Virus record (IMG/VR): IMGVR_UViG_3300017903_002974
Span: 1-50,280 of that record
Source of the DNA: a virus
Taxonomy: Duplodnaviria > Caudoviricetes
Length of the DNA: 50,280 bases
Strand: one strand, 5' to 3'
Shown: piece by piece, positions 45,469 to 50,280 of the stretch
How the letters are laid out: every line of letters starts with the position of its first letter
Numbering within the stretch: position 1 is the stretch's first letter
Notes under the pieces: generated by a model
What the model was told of the DNA's origin: nothing
The model's database searches: none
The model's input: only the letters and a program-made list of their open reading frames with translations
Program-made: the position numbers and the translations under genes

Positions 45469-46716
45469 ATGCTCACCCTTCGTCCTCACCAGCAGCGTGC
45501 TCTCACTGCTCTTGAGAACAACACTCACGGTCAAGTCATTGTTCCCACTGGTGGTGGCAAGACTATTATCATGATCAAGGATGCTCAGCGTCGTCTGACT
45601 GCTGCCACCACGCCACAGACTATTGTAGTGGTCGCCCCACGTATTCTGCTGGCAAACCAACTCTGTGATGAGTTCTGGTCTGCTTTCAATGGTGATGTCA
45701 ATGCTGAGTTCTTCCATGTTCACAGTGGTGAGACTTCTTTCGGTAGTAGCACTAAGGTTCAGAAGATTCAATGTCACGATGCTGTCTGTAAGACTGCTGG
45801 TATTCACCAAGTTATCTTCACCACCTACAATTCGCTCCGTCGTGTTGTAGAAGCAGGCATTGATATTGACTGTATCTATTACGATGAGGCACACAACTCT
45901 GTTCGTCGTGACTTCTTTGAATCTGTTCTTGAAGTTGATGCCAAGTCCTACTATTTCTTCACTGCTACTCCTAAGCACACTCGTTCTGCTTATGGTCGTG
46001 GCATGAACAACAGCATGGTTTACGGTCCTATTCTTGAGACTGTTCCTGCTCCCGAACTTGTCAACAACGGCAGCATTCTTGCTCCTGAGGTTGTCTCTTA
46101 CGAGGTTGACTTCGAGCGAGTCAAGGGTAAGTTCTCTTACGAGTCTGACAAGGACACTCTCACCAATCTCATCAATGACATTGATGCTGATGGTAACAAG
46201 ATCCTGGTTGCTGCTCCTAGCAGTAAGATCATGTTCAACCTGCTGTCTAAGACTAATATCCTTCAATACTTTCATGACAAAGGTTATGATGTGCTTCACA
46301 TCACCAGCAAGTATGGTGCTTATGTGAACAAGACTAAGGTCAACCGTGAGCAGTTCTTCGACACTTTCAATGCTTGGGGCAAAGATCCTAACCGTAAGTT
46401 TGTGATCTTCCACTACAGCATCCTGTCTGAAGGCATCAACGTCCACGGTCTAACACACTGTGTATTCCTTCGTCAACTGGATGTCATCCAAATGGCACAG
46501 ACTGTCGGTCGTGTCATTCGTCTTAACAAAGACGACGCTGCTGACATTGCTTGTGGTAAGATTATCCCAGGTAAGTTTGACATGTACCGTAAGTCTACTG
46601 GCAAGGTCATTGTTCCTGTCTTCAAGAACTACGGCACTCCCACTATCAAACGCCTTCAAAACCTTGTCGATACTATCTTCGTCAAGGGTCTCCCTGCTGT
46701 TTCTGTCACTGTCTGA
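45469..46716 (+). CDS. SF2 DEAH-box helicase (restriction ResIII-like)
   Basis: Q-motif LRPHQ, Walker A PTGGGKT, DEAH, TATP, LSEGINV and QTVGRVIR. Confidence 0.9.
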   Translation: MLTLRPHQQRALTALENNTHGQVIVPTGGGKTIIMIKDAQRRLTAATTPQTIVVVAPRILLANQLCDEFWSAFNGDVNAEFFHVHSGETSFGSSTKVQKIQCHDAVCKTAGIHQVIFTTYNSLRRVVEAGIDIDCIYYDEAHNSVRRDFFESVLEVDAKSYYFFTATPKHTRSAYGRGMNNSMVYGPILETVPAPELVNNGSILAPEVVSYEVDFERVKGKFSYESDKDTLTNLINDIDADGNKILVAAPSSKIMFNLLSKTNILQYFHDKGYDVLHITSKYGAYVNKTKVNREQFFDTFNAWGKDPNRKFVIFHYSILSEGINVHGLTHCVFLRQLDVIQMAQTVGRVIRLNKDDAADIACGKIIPGKFDMYRKSTGKVIVPVFKNYGTPTIKRLQNLVDTIFVKGLPAVSVTV

Positions 46717-46718
46717 TT

Positions 46719-47687
46719 ATGAAATCCACTCGTATCACTGGTCACCAAATTCTTACTTGGGAACAGGTACAGGGTCTCCTGGCAAATGAGGAGACCTTGC
46801 TAACTGGAGGTGCTGCTATTCGTGAGAAAGCATACACTGTGGACACTACTTGGGCAGCAGCAGAAGAGTATTATTACGCTCACAGCACTGCTGACCGTGC
46901 CCAAATTCGTAAGACTGGACAGCAGAATCAGATCGGTTGGTGGGATCCTGCTACCCAGACTCACACAGACAATCCTACCCATGCCCGTGGCATCTTGGTC
47001 TGTCAAATGTACCTGAACCAGGATCGTAAGTGTGCTTACACTGGCACTGGTCCTTACAGCATTCTTGACTACCAAGTGGAGCACATTGAGCCCAATGGTG
47101 GTGATCATCCTGACAACATGCTGCTGGTAGTTTACAACGTCAATGAAAACCGTAAGCAGTCCACCATGGATGGGTTCATTGCCCGCTGGCGCAAACGTGC
47201 TTCCAAAGGAATGGAAGAATACAACAAATGGTACGATGATACCATGAAAGCATCTGCTAAGGGGCAGAAAGAGAAAGTTAAGATTCTCAGTATGGATGAG
47301 GAAGAACTTAAAACCTTTGCTCCCAACTGTGCCAAGAAGTACCACAAATATATGTGGAGAAACATTGGTATGTCATCTCTTCAACCTTTCCGTTTGACTA
47401 AGAAAGGTGTGGCACGTGCTGGTGGTAGTCAGGGCAACTACAAAGAGGTTCTGAACACTGTCCTACAAGAGTATTTGTATGGAGACAAGAATCTAGCAGC
47501 ACAGATCTTCCACACTGTTCGCTCTGGTGCTGACCGCTATGTTCGTGGATTCATTAACAACACGGATTATATTGAGATGATGTGTGTTGCCATTGAGTTG
47601 TCAAATCATGTGGCAGCAGAGTATAATAAGGAAAAGTTTACCGCTAAAGTCCTCCGTAACACCTATTCATGGCCCCATCTAAAGTAA
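46719..47687 (+). CDS. HNH endonuclease
   Basis: QDRKCAYTG...YQVEHIEP.GG.DHPDNMLLV..NVNENRK is an HNH core. Confidence 0.8.
   Translation: MKSTRITGHQILTWEQVQGLLANEETLLTGGAAIREKAYTVDTTWAAAEEYYYAHSTADRAQIRKTGQQNQIGWWDPATQTHTDNPTHARGILVCQMYLNQDRKCAYTGTGPYSILDYQVEHIEPNGGDHPDNMLLVVYNVNENRKQSTMDGFIARWRKRASKGMEEYNKWYDDTMKASAKGQKEKVKILSMDEEELKTFAPNCAKKYHKYMWRNIGMSSLQPFRLTKKGVARAGGSQGNYKEVLNTVLQEYLYGDKNLAAQIFHTVRSGADRYVRGFINNTDYIEMMCVAIELSNHVAAEYNKEKFTAKVLRNTYSWPHLK
47598..47627 (+). promoter_or_regulatory. Internal sigma70-type promoter for the methylase
   Basis: TTGTCA, 18-nt spacer, TATAAT (47622-47627), inside the HNH gene and 41 nt before ATG 47669. Confidence 0.55.
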
Positions 47688-48508
47688 CAAACCATTCTCT
47701 CTACCGATATGCTGGTGGGAAGAATCGTATGAAGAAGGATCTTATCAAGATTATTCGTGATGTCAACCCAGGCATCGAATATCTTGTGTCGCCCTTCTGG
47801 GGTGGTGGCAGCACTGAGATGCTGATCGCCAGTGAGGGAGTCAAGGTCCAAGGTTATGATGTCTTCCGCCCCCTGGCAGACTTCTGGGAGATTGTGTGTG
47901 GTGATGGTGGTGCTGCCATCCTTGCCGACATGGCGGAGCAGCACTATCCGCTAGTTGATAGTGATCACTACAAAACGTTCCTCCCAGGGTTAGATAGTGA
48001 GGATAAATGGGAGCGAGCACTGTCATTTTACATTGCAATCAAGGGTTCGTACTCAGGTAAGATCGGATGTTCTACTGTTCGTAGTAGAGCAGAGTTCAGA
48101 TTGGTGGGCATTGATAAACTTAGGAATTTTCATGCTCCCAACGTGACGTTTTGCCATGGGTCGTGCTTCGATACGATCCCAGCACACGAAAATGACTTCT
48201 TATACCTGGACCCACCATATTATGAGACTGTGAGTCACTACTATGGCAAAGATGGTGCTCTCCACAAGTCATTTGATCATGAAAGGTTCTGTGAGACACT
48301 CAAACAGCACAAAGGTGGGTTTGTGATGTCCTATGACAATAGTGATGCTGTCCGTGCTCTTTATGATGGGTGGACTGAGTTCAGGTATCTTACATTTCCA
48401 TATCAAATGTCTGGTACTAAGCGATATGACAAGACAGAACTAGTTATTGTTAAATATCCTGAAAAGGTAACACCTAGACAAAATATACTAGAGGCATTCA
48501 TGGTATGA
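47669..48508 (+). CDS. dam: DNA adenine methyltransferase (Dam/D12 class)
   Basis: YRYAGGK, PFWGGGS (SAM binding), FLYLDPPYY (catalytic), FVMSYDN and ELVI. Confidence 0.88.
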   Translation: MAPSKVTNHSLYRYAGGKNRMKKDLIKIIRDVNPGIEYLVSPFWGGGSTEMLIASEGVKVQGYDVFRPLADFWEIVCGDGGAAILADMAEQHYPLVDSDHYKTFLPGLDSEDKWERALSFYIAIKGSYSGKIGCSTVRSRAEFRLVGIDKLRNFHAPNVTFCHGSCFDTIPAHENDFLYLDPPYYETVSHYYGKDGALHKSFDHERFCETLKQHKGGFVMSYDNSDAVRALYDGWTEFRYLTFPYQMSGTKRYDKTELVIVKYPEKVTPRQNILEAFMV

Positions 48509-48744
48509 GCATATATTACTCTTTTCTTATCACTATTTTTGGTGTTGTACTAGTGTTAATGTTGACTGATCCTAACATTGGTTATTGGATTGACTTACAG
48601 GCACAAAATGCTATAATACAACTGAAGCGACGATACTATATCATCACATTAGGTGTAGTTGTCAAGTTTCAGACTTGGAGATTAAAACGAGAGATTGAAA
48701 AGATTAGAAGAGAGTACAATCTACCCGAGGATAACAATGGATGA
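48505..48744 (+). CDS. Small hypothetical membrane protein
   Basis: ATGA overlap with dam; N-terminal hydrophobic helix. Confidence 0.65.
   Translation: MSIYYSFLITIFGVVLVLMLTDPNIGYWIDLQAQNAIIQLKRRYYIITLGVVVKFQTWRLKREIEKIRREYNLPEDNNG
48590..48617 (+). promoter_or_regulatory. Internal sigma70-type promoter
   Basis: TTGACT, 16-nt spacer ending TGC, TATAAT (48612-48617). Confidence 0.5.
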
Positions 48745-48991
48745 ATATTCAAGACAACGTAAGGAAAGATTACAAGAAGCAATAGATGATTATCTCCTAG
48801 ATGATGCTGTTCCTAGCAGACGAATCTATGAGGAGATGCTGTCTTGTATTGATGATACACTCTCATACTACGAGAAACAAGCAGATAGAATCAAGGATCT
48901 AAAAGATCTGATGATGGGTCACCGCTTGGTTGACGATATGGAGGATCTAGCTGTAAAATGGCAGTATGATAAACTACCAGACCGATACTAA
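48737..48991 (+). CDS. Hypothetical protein (84 aa)
   Basis: ATG 48737 with upstream GAGGA; helical ORF MDEYSRQRKERLQEAIDDYL... Confidence 0.7.
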   Translation: MDEYSRQRKERLQEAIDDYLLDDAVPSRRIYEEMLSCIDDTLSYYEKQADRIKDLKDLMMGHRLVDDMEDLAVKWQYDKLPDRY

Positions 48992-49155
48992 TGATACTTG
49001 AATTATCATCCAATCAAGTCAAGTTTCTTATGGACTTAATGATGGGTTGTCCTCTTGGATTTACCAAAGATCATGCCATTGATAATAACATCTGTGATAG
49101 CTGTCTTTATAACTATTTGGAGCAACGTTATCGGGAGGAACTAGATGAGAGTTGA
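48991..49155 (+). CDS. Small hypothetical protein (54 aa, not in ORF track)
   Basis: TAATG coupling; MILELSSNQVKFLMDLMMGCPLGFTKDHAIDNNICDSCLYNYLEQRYREELDES fills the gap between neighbours. Confidence 0.6.
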   Translation: MILELSSNQVKFLMDLMMGCPLGFTKDHAIDNNICDSCLYNYLEQRYREELDES

Positions 49156-49651
49156 ACGTAATGTGCTTGACATGGGACTATTCAATAAAGTGGTAGATCA
49201 TGCTAAGCGAAACTTTGCTCAAAACAAACACACATATGAGGATAATCGTGATCTTTGGCAGGCAAACTTAGTACAAAACTTGTCGGGACCATGTTGGGTA
49301 ACTGAAGTAGAAGAAACTTGGAGTGTTGTCCTTGAACAAAAACTCAGTAAGTATTTTCCTTCTTATAGCAAATTGAATATGATGTGGTATGTGTGGCAGA
49401 AGGGTTCTGGTATTAATTGGCACACTGATTTTCCTCACAAATTCACAGCTTCTTTATATCTTACCAGTAGTGTTCGTGAAGATGGGGGAACATTGATATG
49501 GCAAGATCATGATGATTATAGTATTCATGGATTCATGGCAAAGCAAAATTGTATGTCCATCAATGTGAAGAATGAGCATCACATGGTCACACCAGTGGGG
49601 CAATCTAAAGAGAAAGACCGATATACCATCCAGATCTTTGGACAGTTCTAG
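49145..49651 (+). CDS. 2OG-Fe(II) oxygenase
   Basis: INWHTD (HxD), ASLYL...GG.LIW, HHMVTPV and RYTIQIF; GGAGG Shine-Dalgarno upstream. Confidence 0.85.
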   Translation: MRVERNVLDMGLFNKVVDHAKRNFAQNKHTYEDNRDLWQANLVQNLSGPCWVTEVEETWSVVLEQKLSKYFPSYSKLNMMWYVWQKGSGINWHTDFPHKFTASLYLTSSVREDGGTLIWQDHDDYSIHGFMAKQNCMSINVKNEHHMVTPVGQSKEKDRYTIQIFGQF

Positions 49652-49695
49652 CAGTGTCCACTCTAGTGGCACAGGCACCCAGAACCATGTATATT
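49642..49695 (+). promoter_or_regulatory. Cyanomyovirus early-type promoter
   Basis: ACAGTT-N4-CAGTGTCCACT, then TGGCAC, 17-nt spacer, TATATT (49690-49695). Confidence 0.65.
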
Positions 49696-49718
49696 AAAAG
49701 GGTCAAAGGAACACACCC

Positions 49719-49958
49719 ATGAGACTGCTCAACTCCGCCACCCAGGTTGATTACTATCCTGTCACTCCATCTGGCACACGTTTCGTCCGTCGTGTTACCT
49801 GGCATCCTGGTGCTGAGACTGAGATGGTCACATTCTCCACCATTCTCAAGACTGAGATGCTGTATGATGCTAACCAACGTATTGCTAATGGTGCTGAGGT
49901 TATTGACTTCAACATCCACTGCTACGCTGGTAACGATTACTCTCCCATGGCTTGCTGA
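49719..49958 (+). CDS. Hypothetical early protein (79 aa)
   Basis: Follows the early promoter and an AAGGA Shine-Dalgarno; host-like codon style. Confidence 0.7.
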   Translation: MRLLNSATQVDYYPVTPSGTRFVRRVTWHPGAETEMVTFSTILKTEMLYDANQRIANGAEVIDFNIHCYAGNDYSPMAC

Positions 49959-50056
49959 TGAGACAACGTATTCAGTTCATGTTACCATACTTGCAATTCA
50001 TCATTGCACTGGTAACATTGTATAAACTTGATCAAACCATGCTTGTCTGTAAATGA
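49958..50056 (+). CDS. Small hydrophobic hypothetical protein (32 aa)
   Basis: TGATG coupling upstream and ATGA coupling downstream; MRQRIQFMLPYLQFIIALVTLYKLDQTMLVCK. Confidence 0.5.
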   Translation: MRQRIQFMLPYLQFIIALVTLYKLDQTMLVCK

Positions 50057-50220
50057 TTACTTCCAAGGCATACATGCTCAACATCATGAAAAAATGTGAG
50101 TATGCAGATACTCTCACAAGAGAGGAAAAGTTTCAAGTATTCTGTAGAGTATGTGACAACATGCTCAAAGAAGGTAGAATGACCAAAACAACACACAAAC
50201 GATTCACGGAGATCTGGTAA
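50053..50220 (+). CDS. Small hypothetical protein (55 aa)
   Basis: MITSKAYMLNIMKKCEYADTLTREEKFQVFCRVCDNMLKEGRMTKTTHKRFTEIW, coupled at both ends. Confidence 0.65.
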   Translation: MITSKAYMLNIMKKCEYADTLTREEKFQVFCRVCDNMLKEGRMTKTTHKRFTEIW

Positions 50221-50280
50221 TGACTAATCCATTTTCTTTGACTTTCGACGATTTGATTGAACAAATGGCAAATGATCCCA
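50220..50280 (+). CDS. Hypothetical protein (3' partial)
   Basis: TAATG coupling; MTNPFSLTFDDLIEQMANDP is open to the window end. Confidence 0.45.
   Translation, partial: MTNPFSLTFDDLIEQMANDP

Noticed and set aside
45454-46446. 330-aa minus-strand ORF
   Set aside because: Antisense shadow of the helicase, explained by codon bias; no recognisable motifs.

Overview
This window is from a T4-like cyanophage (marine Synechococcus/Prochlorococcus myovirus type); essentially all genes are on the + strand. Bases 1-10946 are the baseplate hub region: two paralogous tape-measure-like proteins ending in a lysozyme and an M23 peptidase, a gp27-like hub, and a gp5 split in two. Bases 11008-13524 are an accessory island with two 2OG-Fe(II) oxygenases, four tRNAs and the bilin lyase cpeT. 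Bases 13505-45402 are a tail-fibre/virion cluster led by a 3971-aa protein. From 45469 onward is an early-type region with an SF2 helicase, an HNH nuclease, a Dam-like methylase and small ORFs. Main finding: the 3971-aa virion protein contains about five phycobiliprotein-like repeats. They retain a KCxRD(I/V/L)G(Y/F) motif like the Cys84 bilin site and a C-terminal Cys like the beta-155 site used by T-type lyases, and the gene starts 835 bp downstream of cpeT. This suggests a bilin-chromophorylated virion appendage. Second finding: an Ig-like repeat is split between the C-termini of four fibre proteins and the N-terminus of the 1998-aa fibre, suggesting plug-in tips. All calls come from reading motifs by eye; no searches were run, and reference sequences are recalled from memory.
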